This document shows positions 17,290-26,890 of a DNA stretch of 64,000 bases, one piece after another (position 1 is the stretch's first letter; every line of letters starts with the position of its first letter). Source of the DNA: Candidatus Firestoneibacteriota bacterium (GTDB lineage: Bacteria > Oederibacteriota > D2-FULL-39-29). A program made the position numbers and the translations under genes. The stretch spans positions 10,292-74,291 of the forward strand of contig CAIYPD010000076.1 of NCBI GenBank assembly GCA_903928075.1, given 5' to 3'. The notes below the pieces were generated by a model, which worked only from the letters and a program-made list of their open reading frames with translations, did not search any database and was not told the origin of the DNA.

Positions 17290-18813
17290 ATGTTATTATC
17301 CCTTATGATTAAGAACCCCAATGTCCTACTTATAACCACCGACCAGCAGAGATTTGATTCCATTGCCGCACTCGGAAACTCAAAGATAAAAACACCCAAC
17401 CTTGATAAACTTGTAAAAAACGGGGTGGCCTTCACGCGAGCTTATTCCTCATGTCCCGAATGCGTACCGGCAAGAATAACAATTAAAACCGGGATGCCGC
17501 CGTGGCGGAGCGGTTCTACTAACAACGGTGAGAAGATAAAACCAAACACCGATACCCTTATGTCAGTTTTAGCCAAAGGCGGCTACCACACCCAGGCCAT
17601 AGGCAAGATGCATTTTATTCCTACAAGAGCAAAATTCGGGTTCAAAGAGATGTGGCTTTCCGAGGAAGTACCGATAAAAGCAAGTGAGGATGAATTTTTA
17701 ACAGAACTTATAAAAAAAGGGTACGGCCACGCGGAAGAACCGCACGGAATGAGGAGCTTTCTATATTATGTACCGCAGGTCTCCCAGCTCCCCGAAAAAT
17801 TGCACACGACCGCCTGGACCGGAAGAAAGACCGTAGAATATTTAGCCCGGCGGAAGAAATCAAAGCAGCCGTTTTTTCTCTGGACTTCTTTTATCAAGCC
17901 GCATCCGCCCTTCGATCCGCCGGTGCCTTTTAACAGCATGTACAATCCGCTTGACATGGACCTTCCCATTCAAGAGAAAGACGCCGATAAAAATTACACC
18001 TTCTGGAATTACTGCCAGAACCGGTATAAATGGATGGAAAGTAACCGTAACGATGTCTTTAAACAGGCGCAAAAAGCTTTCTACTACGCCTGCATAAGTT
18101 TTGTCGACAAACAACTGGGCCTGATATTTGAGGCCTTGAAAAAGAACGGCCAGCTTAAAAATACGGTTATAGTTTTCACCGCCGACCATGGCGAATACCT
18201 CGGGGACCATTTCTGCTACGGCAAACGAGGCTTTCAGGATTCCGCGGCCAGGGTGCCTTTTATTATTTCCTACCCGGCCTATCTGCCTAAAAACAAAAGG
18301 GTTGAGGCGCCCGTCGGACACGCTGACATAATGCCGACTATCTTAAGCCTTTGTAATCTGGATTACAGAAAACCGCAGTACGGCTGGGATCTGACGCCTA
18401 AAATGAAAAATCCCTTTTCCAGCGCGAGGAAATATTTCTACGCCCAGTACAACAGAAAAGGTTATGCTATTTATATGTGCATGGATTCAAAATGGAAATA
18501 TATCTATGATGTGGCCGGAAAAAGAGAAATATTCTATAACTTTATAAAGGACCCGAAAGAAATAACAAATCTGGCCGGAAAGACTAAATACAGGAAAGAG
18601 AAATTAAGATTAAAGCAGGAACTAATAAAGCACTTTAAAGAACAGGGGAATTTTGAGGCAATAAAAGGAACTGAGTTCCGGTCCTACGCCAATAAGAACT
18701 TGAAACGCTATAAGAACCTGTCCGGCATAAATAATAATTCGAAAGACGGCCGGCTCTTCCAGTATGCGCTTTGGACCAATAGGAACAGTGACATGTGGAG
18801 CTCTTTAATGTAG
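17290..18813 (+). CDS. Cys-type sulfatase (arylsulfatase family), no signal peptide
   Basis: LLITTDQQRFD metal-binding N-terminus. Formylglycine motif C-V-P-A-R in SSCPECVPARITIKTG. 507 aa. Confidence 0.9.
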   Translation: MLLSLMIKNPNVLLITTDQQRFDSIAALGNSKIKTPNLDKLVKNGVAFTRAYSSCPECVPARITIKTGMPPWRSGSTNNGEKIKPNTDTLMSVLAKGGYHTQAIGKMHFIPTRAKFGFKEMWLSEEVPIKASEDEFLTELIKKGYGHAEEPHGMRSFLYYVPQVSQLPEKLHTTAWTGRKTVEYLARRKKSKQPFFLWTSFIKPHPPFDPPVPFNSMYNPLDMDLPIQEKDADKNYTFWNYCQNRYKWMESNRNDVFKQAQKAFYYACISFVDKQLGLIFEALKKNGQLKNTVIVFTADHGEYLGDHFCYGKRGFQDSAARVPFIISYPAYLPKNKRVEAPVGHADIMPTILSLCNLDYRKPQYGWDLTPKMKNPFSSARKYFYAQYNRKGYAIYMCMDSKWKYIYDVAGKREIFYNFIKDPKEITNLAGKTKYRKEKLRLKQELIKHFKEQGNFEAIKGTEFRSYANKNLKRYKNLSGINNNSKDGRLFQYALWTNRNSDMWSSLM

Positions 18814-18881
18814 CAGGTGCCGTCCTTAAATTATAGTCGAAAGAAGTTTAATAAGTATCATTCCCGCCGCAAAAAGCAGTA

Positions 18882-18974
18882 TCAGCGAAAAATAAAACCT
18901 CCTCCGATGTCAAACATCCCTGACAAAAAACCCACGGCCAGTCCTAAGACCACAAACCCGAAATATTCCAGCAT
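18882..18974 (-). pseudogene. 30-codon remnant of a TauE/SafE-type exporter N-terminus, translationally coupled to the sulfatase stop
   Basis: Minus-strand ATG at 18974-18972 overlaps the sulfatase TAA (TAATG). Encodes MLEYFGFVVLGLAVGFLSGMFDIGGGFIFR then a stop. Compare the intact TauE at 35121-35912 (GIFGGMFGLGGGIIMIPLL). Confidence 0.35.
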
Positions 18975-20452
18975 TATGTTACCTGCCTGTCTACCGGCCT
19001 GCCTCCAAATTTCTTCAATGTCAGAGCGTGATTCTTTCTTCCTGTCTCAGAAAGCCTTTTACAGTAGGCTTCGATTTCTCCTCTGGCGTGGTAAGGCCCG
19101 CCTTCTTCCATTACCGTATCAAGAGGATCAACACCGCTGGTAGAAGTTCTCATCATCTCCTCGCGCCATTTTGTAAGCTTGACCAGGCCTTCGCTGCTTT
19201 TCTGAGGATTTTGTTTTGATATTTCTTTAAGCAGATGCGGGTCTTTCTTAAAATCAAAGAGCATATGCTCCGGAAAATTTTTCAGCCCTGTATGATAGGT
19301 TTTCATAAACAAAAAATCCCCGAAGATAACGGCACGCTGACAGCTCCAGGCGCACTGACTTACTACAATAAAATCTCTGGAATATTCTTTGCCTTTTTTC
19401 AGTTCCCCGGCAAAACTTTCCCCGTCCCACTTAGCAGGTACTTTAAGCTTTAAAAGTTCCAGTATAGTAGCGCCGATGTCCACCTGATAATGCAGACCCT
19501 TATCCACCCCGGGTTTAAGCAGGCCCGGCCATTTTAAAATGAAGGGCACCCGAGAAGTAATAGTATCGGCGGTCTGATGGTCACCGTATATATTAAATTC
19601 CCCCTGGTTCTCCCCATGATCGGAACTTATCATGATAACCGTATCTTCAAAAACTCCGTGTTTTTTTAACAGGTCTATTATTTTACCGGCATAATGATCC
19701 GCGTAATTTATTCCAAGGTCATAACCGTCTATCCACTGTTTATAATCCTCAAGCGACTTTATCTCGTTAGGCATTTCAAGTAACTCCGGGCCTTTAGGCA
19801 CCCCGCCGCTAAAACCATTTCTGTCCCGGGCGCTGTAGGGACCGTAGCCTTCATAATGTTCTTTAATGATCTTCTCGTTTATCCAGGCCGGAGGCGGCTC
19901 ATTCTTAAAAGGATTTCCGAATTCCTTTGGCGTTTTATAAACCGTGTGAGGATCCCACATATTCACATGCAGGAACCAGTTGTCGGTTTTCGCATTTTTA
20001 TTCAACCACTCCTCTGCGTAAGGGTAGATTTCATCGGCTCTTTCACTGCCGTGTTTACCGGTATTGAACATCTCTTTAAATCCGGAATAGAACCACCAGG
20101 AAGCGTGTCTTTCGGCAAACGGGCTGACGGATACGGTATGCAGGCCGCTTTTCTTCAGAGTAGTCACAAACGATTGGAACTCAGGTGAGTCACTAAAACC
20201 CCTGTTTTTACCTTCCGGGTAAGGGTCGGCGTTAAGCCCACCGTGATTTACCACCCCCGAATGTATTCCGAACCTTCCTCCGAAAAAAGAACTGCGGGAA
20301 GGCAGACAGGGCGCATCGGAAGCAAAACACTTTTCAAACCTGACCCCGCTTTCAGCTACCTTATCAATATTCGGGGAGGTTTTCCTGTGATAACCGTAAC
20401 AGCCGAGGTGGTCGGCTCTAAGCGTATCTATATCAAGGTAGAGTATTCTCAT
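18974..20452 (-). CDS. Cys-type sulfatase, no signal peptide
   Basis: ILYLDIDTLRADHLGCYG. Formylglycine motif C-L-P-S-R in DAPCLPSRSS. 492 aa. Confidence 0.9.
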   Translation of the reverse strand: MRILYLDIDTLRADHLGCYGYHRKTSPNIDKVAESGVRFEKCFASDAPCLPSRSSFFGGRFGIHSGVVNHGGLNADPYPEGKNRGFSDSPEFQSFVTTLKKSGLHTVSVSPFAERHASWWFYSGFKEMFNTGKHGSERADEIYPYAEEWLNKNAKTDNWFLHVNMWDPHTVYKTPKEFGNPFKNEPPPAWINEKIIKEHYEGYGPYSARDRNGFSGGVPKGPELLEMPNEIKSLEDYKQWIDGYDLGINYADHYAGKIIDLLKKHGVFEDTVIMISSDHGENQGEFNIYGDHQTADTITSRVPFILKWPGLLKPGVDKGLHYQVDIGATILELLKLKVPAKWDGESFAGELKKGKEYSRDFIVVSQCAWSCQRAVIFGDFLFMKTYHTGLKNFPEHMLFDFKKDPHLLKEISKQNPQKSSEGLVKLTKWREEMMRTSTSGVDPLDTVMEEGGPYHARGEIEAYCKRLSETGRKNHALTLKKFGGRPVDRQVT

Positions 20453-21543
20453 TGTCTTATTCCTCCTGCCAATGTTTTCAATCTCACAATACTGTAACCG
20501 AAAAACTCTTTATAGGCTTCACACAGATAGTCCAAAGAACTGAAATTATCGTCTTTTATCAATCTGTATTTTAGACAGCCCCCGTTACATATATATTTCC
20601 ATTTGCAAAGCGCGCATTTTTCATTTACATCTGCTTTTTTAACCCCGAAATTTTCTTTAGCAAGACGGAAAGAATCCTCAAAGGAGGCATCTTTTATGCT
20701 CCCGAGTTTCCTCTCTTTCTTCACAAAAAAGTCGCAAGGATAGATATCCCCGTTATATTCCAGTGCAAGATAGTCGCCGCAGGTGCTCTTAAAACCGCAA
20801 TAGGTGGCATCATAGCCCGAAAGTATTTCCAGGATATTATCAAAAAATCTTACCGAGACCGCCGGCTTGCCTCCGTTCCACCACAGATCAAAGAATTCGC
20901 ATAAAAATTTACAGTAGGTTTTTGAGTCTACCGAAAATTCTGATAGCTTTCCCATGCTGTCCTTTTCCACACACGGGATAAGTTGAACAAAGTCAAAACC
21001 CTCTTTGACATAGAAATTATAAAGGTCTGCAGGCCGGGCAGCATTAAAACTATTTATTACGGTCAGTATATTAAAATCCAGTTCTAATTCTCTTAATAAC
21101 GCAATTCCTTTCATGGCTCCTTCAAAACTCTTCCCCCTGTGAAACTCATGCATGGGCCTGTCCCCATCCAGACTGATACCCAGCAGAAAATTATATTCCT
21201 TGAAAAGTTTTATGAATTCTTCATTCAATAATGTTCCGTTTGTCTGGACACTGTTGCCGACCCTCTGGCCTTTTTTTCCGTGTTTTTGCTGAAGCTCAAT
21301 AACTCTGCGGTAAAAAGTAACTCCGGCAAGCAGAGGCTCCCCGCCCTGCCAGGAAAATACCGCCAAACCCCCGTTTGAATACTGCATGGCCTTTAAAACA
21401 AGGGTTTCAAGGATTTTATCTTCCATGAGATGCTTGCCCGCCCCATAAATTGATTCCGTAGATTTATAAAAACAATAAGAACAGGCCAAGTTACAATCAA
21501 ATGACACAGGTTTAACTAAGAGTTCAATATTTTTCAAAGTCAA
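20449..21543 (-). CDS. anaerobic sulfatase-maturating enzyme (radical SAM, SPASM domain)
   Basis: CNLACSYC (CX3CX2C) radical-SAM cluster. C-terminal Cys-rich SPASM region CALCKWKYICNGGCLKYR. 4-bp overlap with the upstream sulfatase indicates an operon. Confidence 0.9.
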   Translation of the reverse strand: MTLKNIELLVKPVSFDCNLACSYCFYKSTESIYGAGKHLMEDKILETLVLKAMQYSNGGLAVFSWQGGEPLLAGVTFYRRVIELQQKHGKKGQRVGNSVQTNGTLLNEEFIKLFKEYNFLLGISLDGDRPMHEFHRGKSFEGAMKGIALLRELELDFNILTVINSFNAARPADLYNFYVKEGFDFVQLIPCVEKDSMGKLSEFSVDSKTYCKFLCEFFDLWWNGGKPAVSVRFFDNILEILSGYDATYCGFKSTCGDYLALEYNGDIYPCDFFVKKERKLGSIKDASFEDSFRLAKENFGVKKADVNEKCALCKWKYICNGGCLKYRLIKDDNFSSLDYLCEAYKEFFGYSIVRLKTLAGGIRQ

Positions 21544-21560
21544 AATCCTTTGTTTTGAAA

Positions 21561-22280
21561 CTATTTATTTTCGCCAAAGATTGAGTAAAGGGCAATACCT
21601 ACGGCTATTGAAAGGTTCAAAGAGTCTATCTCTTTGCTCTGGGGAATGACAACACTTTTTCCGGTATGAAGGAACTCTTCAGGCAGGCCGGAACTCTCGC
21701 CGCCGAAGATATAGGAGGCCGGGCTTTTTACTGCCAGTTCATCCAGCCTGTTTTTCCCGTTGGTAAGAAAAGGGTAAAATACCCTGTCTTTAAAATCTTC
21801 CGCGTAGCCGTCAAAATTTTCGTAGTACTTAAAATTAATTTTAAATAGGCTTCCCATGGAAGCCCTTACAACGGAAGGATCAAAAATATCCACGGCCGGC
21901 CGGATAAGGGCAAGTTCCGTGATATTAAAACCGGCCATCGTCCGCAAAATGGTCCCGAGGTTGCCGGCATTTTCCGGATTCACAAGAACAAGATGGTCTT
22001 TCTTCTTTGCCGGGCTGCCTTCGTATTTTTTAAAGACACCCGCAGCGTAGCAGTTTTCCTTTGATGAGATAAGGTCTATACCGGCATCATTCACGCAAAG
22101 CGGAATTCCTTTCTTGCCGCAGATGTCCTTTATCTTTAAAACACCTTCATTATTGTTCGCTTTTGAGTTAAGTATTATTTCTAGAACGCTTTCCGGACGG
22201 TTGAGCAAAAGTTCCACCGTGGGAAATATACCCGCGGCATAAGAATACTCAAACTCCTTCTTGTATCTCTTGATCTTCAT
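21561..22280 (-). CDS. SpoU/TrmH-family RNA 2'-O-methyltransferase
   Basis: LVLVNPENAGNLGTILRTMAGFN. IFGGESSGLPEE. SLNLSIAVGIALY motif. Confidence 0.8.
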   Translation of the reverse strand: MKIKRYKKEFEYSYAAGIFPTVELLLNRPESVLEIILNSKANNNEGVLKIKDICGKKGIPLCVNDAGIDLISSKENCYAAGVFKKYEGSPAKKKDHLVLVNPENAGNLGTILRTMAGFNITELALIRPAVDIFDPSVVRASMGSLFKINFKYYENFDGYAEDFKDRVFYPFLTNGKNRLDELAVKSPASYIFGGESSGLPEEFLHTGKSVVIPQSKEIDSLNLSIAVGIALYSIFGENK

Positions 22281-23401
22281 CAGACAGTTTTCCCTTTTTC
22301 GGCTTCTTTTCTTTCTTTCACCCAGGAAGAAATCTCCTTAAGCCTTTCAATTATATTGATATGCTGGGTGCATTTTTCTTCGCAGACCCCGCATTCGGTA
22401 CAAAGGTCCGCCTGCTCTGGCGCCACATCCCAGTGCCATTTCATCTGTCCGAAATAATTTTCCTTACTTTCAAGTATGGTCTGATTATACGCCAGCATGT
22501 GTTTTGAAACCTCTATCTCCTGAGGACAGAACTCGCAATACCGGCAGCCGGTGCAGAGCTTATCCATCCCGATACTTAATTTTCCCTGTATCTCCAGTTT
22601 TTTGCTTTCAGGGAAGTCCTTTATCTTTTCCCCGGCTTTTACATTTTCAAGAACCTCCGCCACGGTTCCCATCCCGCAGATATTGGTGGTTATTTCTTTT
22701 TGAGAAACTAAAAATCTAAGAGCCGCGTCCGCCGGTGTTGCATCATCGGTGTTTTTCAGGTATTCAAAGAGTTCCGCTCTTTTTGGTATCAAGCCGCCGC
22801 TCAAAGGATTCATCACCACCACGCCCAGGCCGTGGTCATACGCTGCCTTTATACCTTTTTGCCTGAAAGGGAAATTAAGAATATTGTACCCCAGGGTAAC
22901 CCCCTCAAAAACATCATCTTTAACAATAAGTTCTATCTCTTCGCCGGTGCAATGCGTGGAAAACACAATATGCTCAATCAGCCCTTCCTTTTTAGCCTGC
23001 ACGGCAGCCTCATAAGACCCGCCTTTCTTCATTCTTTCTTTATAATCCGCCAGGGTCTTAATGCTCCAGATATTGAAAAAGTTTATTTTTTTCAGATTAA
23101 AGCGTTTCAAGGATCTTTCGAGTTGTTCCCTGACGACAGCCCCTTCCAGCGCGCCGCTTTTTGTAGAAACATAAAACTGCCCCGGCATCTTTTGGAAAGC
23201 CCGCCCGAATATCTGCTCACTGTTATCTGCGCAATAGCCCGGAGCTGTATCAAAATAATTCACCCCGCACGCATTGGCTTTTTGGACCACCCCGGCACAT
23301 TTATCATAATCATATTTTCCGTTTTCAGCAACAAAGCGCATTCCTCCGAAACCGATAACAGATATTTTTTTTCCTGTTTTACCATACTGCCTATATTGCA
23401 T
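22280..23401 (-). CDS. aldo/keto reductase fused to a 2x[4Fe-4S] ferredoxin-like domain
   Basis: AKR N-terminus YRQYGKTGKKISVIGFGGMRF. C-terminal CTGCRYCEFCP and CTECGVCEEKC clusters. Confidence 0.8.
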   Translation of the reverse strand: MQYRQYGKTGKKISVIGFGGMRFVAENGKYDYDKCAGVVQKANACGVNYFDTAPGYCADNSEQIFGRAFQKMPGQFYVSTKSGALEGAVVREQLERSLKRFNLKKINFFNIWSIKTLADYKERMKKGGSYEAAVQAKKEGLIEHIVFSTHCTGEEIELIVKDDVFEGVTLGYNILNFPFRQKGIKAAYDHGLGVVVMNPLSGGLIPKRAELFEYLKNTDDATPADAALRFLVSQKEITTNICGMGTVAEVLENVKAGEKIKDFPESKKLEIQGKLSIGMDKLCTGCRYCEFCPQEIEVSKHMLAYNQTILESKENYFGQMKWHWDVAPEQADLCTECGVCEEKCTQHINIIERLKEISSWVKERKEAEKGKTV

Positions 23402-23477
23402 ATTTTCTCCTTTTCAAGTCTTCTATTCCGGCGTGAACGCCCGTAAATTTTATGAAAAAACTATTTCCGGCTATTTT

Positions 23478-24443
23478 TCAGGAATTATTTTCAAGTTCAG
23501 CAATGCTTGCGGCGGCTTGCACTGACATTTTACTTTCCGGGTACTCCGCAACTACTCTTTTATAATTTTTCAGAGCACTCTCCTTGTCTTTCATTTTTTC
23601 AAGATAGAGTTCTCCTATGCGATACAAAATATCCGGAAGCAGTTCTTCCCGGTCTGCTTTTATATAACATTTCTGATATTCGAGAACGGCACCCCGGAAA
23701 TCCCCAGTTTCCTCCAATAAAAGAGCCAGTTCATAATTAAGTTTAAAGCTTTTCGGCTGCCTGTTGATTTTTTTGCGGTATTCTTTTATTACTTTTTCCG
23801 GATTACCGTGTTCTATCAGGCGTTTAATACTTAAATTGCCGCTTTTCGGTATTTCTTCCCCGGCGCCGGCATGAAATACCACTAAATACTTATCTAAAAA
23901 CCGCGTGGACCGGGTCAGAGCATAGAGAGCAAAGAATATAACCGTAAACATACCGAAAAAGAACTGCCAGTATTTTTCCTGGTTTGTAAAAAATACCGCC
24001 AGAAAAATCACAAGCGTAAGCGCAAACGGCACTGCCAGCAAAGAATAGTAAAATTCCAGTTCGCTCTTATCTTTAAAACCGTCCTTATAGATTTCCTGAC
24101 TGGCCGAGGCCGCTTCCTTGTAGGCCGCATGAGCTTTGACGATTCTCTTAATATATTCCTGGGTCTGCTCCTGGCTAGCGTTGTAAATAATATGGCAGTT
24201 GAGAAATATTTTATCTTTTTCCGGAAGGTCCATATCGTTTAAAGCCTGCACCTTTGAGTTGCCGCCGGTATTCTTTTGCAGTAATTCCGCGCATTCTTCA
24301 AGTTGTTTGCAGGAGGGATGCTTTTTATAAAGGATATAAAAAATGTTTTCCGGATCGGTGGCGGAGTAATCTGCGGCGTTTTTCTTGTGAAAAACAGCCA
24401 TAACATCAGGGTAGGCGGTGAAAATCCCGGTTATTTTTTCCAT
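23478..24443 (-). CDS. membrane protein with C-terminal TPR repeats, hypothetical
   Basis: Two central TM helices (LLAVPFALTLVIFLAVFF; FFFGMFTVIFFALYAL). C-terminal TPR-like repeats (YELALLLEETGDFRGAVLEYQKC...). Confidence 0.5.
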   Translation of the reverse strand: MEKITGIFTAYPDVMAVFHKKNAADYSATDPENIFYILYKKHPSCKQLEECAELLQKNTGGNSKVQALNDMDLPEKDKIFLNCHIIYNASQEQTQEYIKRIVKAHAAYKEAASASQEIYKDGFKDKSELEFYYSLLAVPFALTLVIFLAVFFTNQEKYWQFFFGMFTVIFFALYALTRSTRFLDKYLVVFHAGAGEEIPKSGNLSIKRLIEHGNPEKVIKEYRKKINRQPKSFKLNYELALLLEETGDFRGAVLEYQKCYIKADREELLPDILYRIGELYLEKMKDKESALKNYKRVVAEYPESKMSVQAAASIAELENNS

Positions 24444-24462
24444 TTTTGCTCCGGAAAAATAT

Positions 24463-25755
24463 TCAAATACCCAGGCGTTTAAAGATCTTGTTTACATTTC
24501 TCAAATAATCGGCCATGTCAAAACAGGCTTCTATCTCTTCCGGATTTAACAATTTTCTTACCCCGGTATCATTTAAGAGCAACTGCTTGAAGCTCCCTTC
24601 TTTTTTCCAGACCTTCATGGCGTTGTCCTGTACCAGTTGGTAAGCCTCATCATAACCCATACCTTTATTGGTTAGCGCAATACGGACCTTCTGGGAATAC
24701 ATAAGCCCCTGCATCTTATCAAGGTTTTCCTGCATATTTTCGGGATAAACATTCAGATTTTCCATAAGCCAGTTGAATTTATGAAGCATGTAATCGAGAG
24801 TAATGGTGCTGTCCGGCAGAGTAATCCGCTCAACCGAAGAATGAGAGATATCTCTTTCGTGCCAGAGCGCGATGTTTTCATAACCTGTAAGGGCATTACC
24901 TCTAAGCAGCCGGGCCAGCCCCGAGATTCTTTCGCAGGTAATGGGATTCTTTTTGTGCGGCATGGCCGAGGAACCCTTCTGGCCCTTGGCAAAAGGCTCT
25001 TCAGCTTCCCGGACTTCCGTGCGCTGGAGATGCCTGATTTCTGTCGCAAACTTATCCAAAGAAGAAGCAATAATAGCTATGGTTGAAAGGTATTCCGCAT
25101 GCCTGTCCCGCTGCACCACCTGGTTGGAAACAGCGGCATTCTTGATTCCAAGTTTTTTGCAGGCCGCGACTTCCACCGCCGGATCAATATTGGAAAATGT
25201 CCCGACCGCACCGGAGATTTTACCGTAGCTTATAATCTCTCTTGCGCGTTCCATTCTTAAAAGATTTCTCTCCATCTCTTTCCACCAGATAGCGAGCTTC
25301 AGGCCAAAAGTTGTCGGCTCGGCATGAACCCCGTGAGTACGGCCCATAACAGGCAGGTTTTTGTATTGTTTTGTTTTCTTTTTGAGGATGGCAATAGTGA
25401 TTTTGATATCTTTAATAATAATATCCGCGGCACCTTTTAATTGAAGGGCCAGGCCTGTATCCACAACATCCGAAGAAGTGAGTCCGCGGTGAAAATATAT
25501 TGCATCTTTACCGAGATAGCCGTCAACGCACTGCTTAAAAGCAATAACATCGTGCCGGGTTTTTTCTTCTATGGCTTCGATCCGCTTGACATTAATATCT
25601 GCTTTCTTTTTAATATTCAAATAGGCTTTTTTGGGAATTTCACCGCGGTCGGCAAGAACCGAGCAAACAGCGATCTCAACCGCCAGCCATTTTCTGTATC
25701 TGGCATCATCGGTCCATATAGCGCCCATTTCAGGCAGAGTATAACGGCTTATCAT
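24463..25755 (-). CDS. purB: adenylosuccinate lyase
   Basis: 430 aa. Fumarate-lyase signature GSSAMPHKKNP. N-terminal YTLPEMGAIW. Confidence 0.9.
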   Translation of the reverse strand: MISRYTLPEMGAIWTDDARYRKWLAVEIAVCSVLADRGEIPKKAYLNIKKKADINVKRIEAIEEKTRHDVIAFKQCVDGYLGKDAIYFHRGLTSSDVVDTGLALQLKGAADIIIKDIKITIAILKKKTKQYKNLPVMGRTHGVHAEPTTFGLKLAIWWKEMERNLLRMERAREIISYGKISGAVGTFSNIDPAVEVAACKKLGIKNAAVSNQVVQRDRHAEYLSTIAIIASSLDKFATEIRHLQRTEVREAEEPFAKGQKGSSAMPHKKNPITCERISGLARLLRGNALTGYENIALWHERDISHSSVERITLPDSTITLDYMLHKFNWLMENLNVYPENMQENLDKMQGLMYSQKVRIALTNKGMGYDEAYQLVQDNAMKVWKKEGSFKQLLLNDTGVRKLLNPEEIEACFDMADYLRNVNKIFKRLGI

Positions 25756-25787
25756 CTTTTAAATACCCCCAATACTTTCCAGTATTT

Positions 25788-26612
25788 TTATACTTTTGTT
25801 AAACCCAGTTCCTTGGAAACCTGTTCAACAACATCCGCTTCTATTCTTTCCTTTTTCTGAATGAAAGCCTCAAGTAAAGCATTGTCACAGACCGCGTTAA
25901 TCAGCCTTGGAATTCCCCTTGTGTATTCAAAGACCATACTGCAAGCCTCTGTGGTAAATATTTCCCGCTGGCCTCCCGCAACCTTTACGCGGTAATTTAT
26001 ATAGCCGTGTGTAGAGTTTTGGTCAAGCGGTCTTAGGGTCACTTTAAGACCTATTCTTGAAACCAACGGCGGATCCATCTGCATAAACTGTTCAAGTTCA
26101 GGAGGGCCAAAAAGAACTATGTTCAGAAGTTTATGGCTGCTGCTTTCCACATTCAATAAGCCTCTTAATTCCTCGTAAATATCTCTTGTCTGAAGCATGT
26201 GCGCTTCATCTATAAGTATTACCGCTTTTTTTCCGGCTTCGTCAATATGGATGAGTTGTCTGCAAATCTGAGAGATGAGCATAGATTTGTCGTCGGCAGG
26301 ATTTTCCACTCCCAGTTGAATGCCTATTTTTTTTAGCAGCCAGGCGGCGGTAATCTCATGATGGATAATTATTAGAAGAGCCACCTCGTACTTGCCTTCC
26401 TCTGACTGGAGTTCATCAAGGATTTTCCGGGAAAGAAAGGTTTTACCCAACCCTATATCACCGATAACAACCGAAAGCCCTTTGGCAGAAGAAATGGCAT
26501 GCTGAATACGAATAAGTGCGCCCATGTGCTGGTCGCTTTCAAAAAAATAGCGCGGGTCTGGAGTGATAGCAAAAGGCTGCTCTTTTAGTCCAAAATACTG
26601 CTCATAACTCAT
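25788..26612 (-). CDS. ExeA/GspA-like AAA ATPase
   Basis: YFGLKEQPFAITPDPRYFF N-terminus typical of ExeA. Walker A GDIGLGKT. Walker B ILIDEAH. Confidence 0.75.
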   Translation of the reverse strand: MSYEQYFGLKEQPFAITPDPRYFFESDQHMGALIRIQHAISSAKGLSVVIGDIGLGKTFLSRKILDELQSEEGKYEVALLIIIHHEITAAWLLKKIGIQLGVENPADDKSMLISQICRQLIHIDEAGKKAVILIDEAHMLQTRDIYEELRGLLNVESSSHKLLNIVLFGPPELEQFMQMDPPLVSRIGLKVTLRPLDQNSTHGYINYRVKVAGGQREIFTTEACSMVFEYTRGIPRLINAVCDNALLEAFIQKKERIEADVVEQVSKELGLTKV

Positions 26613-26890
26613 TATTTACACCTCGAGGCATAGGAACTCCGCTCATTATCTTTAAGTATAACTTTAGAATAAGGCATTTTTGCAAAAGGTTCCTTTTTTA
26701 GGCAGCAAATTCTTCATAACTCACAGACTTCTATTTTACAAGAAAAACCCTTATAAGTCAAGAAAACCCGCTTTTTCTGCTTCTCTATTTCAATCACAAT
26801 AGTATAATATGGCCATTGGCTCAGAAGGTTTCGTCTCATTTCCAACTGAAATATTGCTTTTTAGAGTATATACAGGTAAAATGTCCACTA

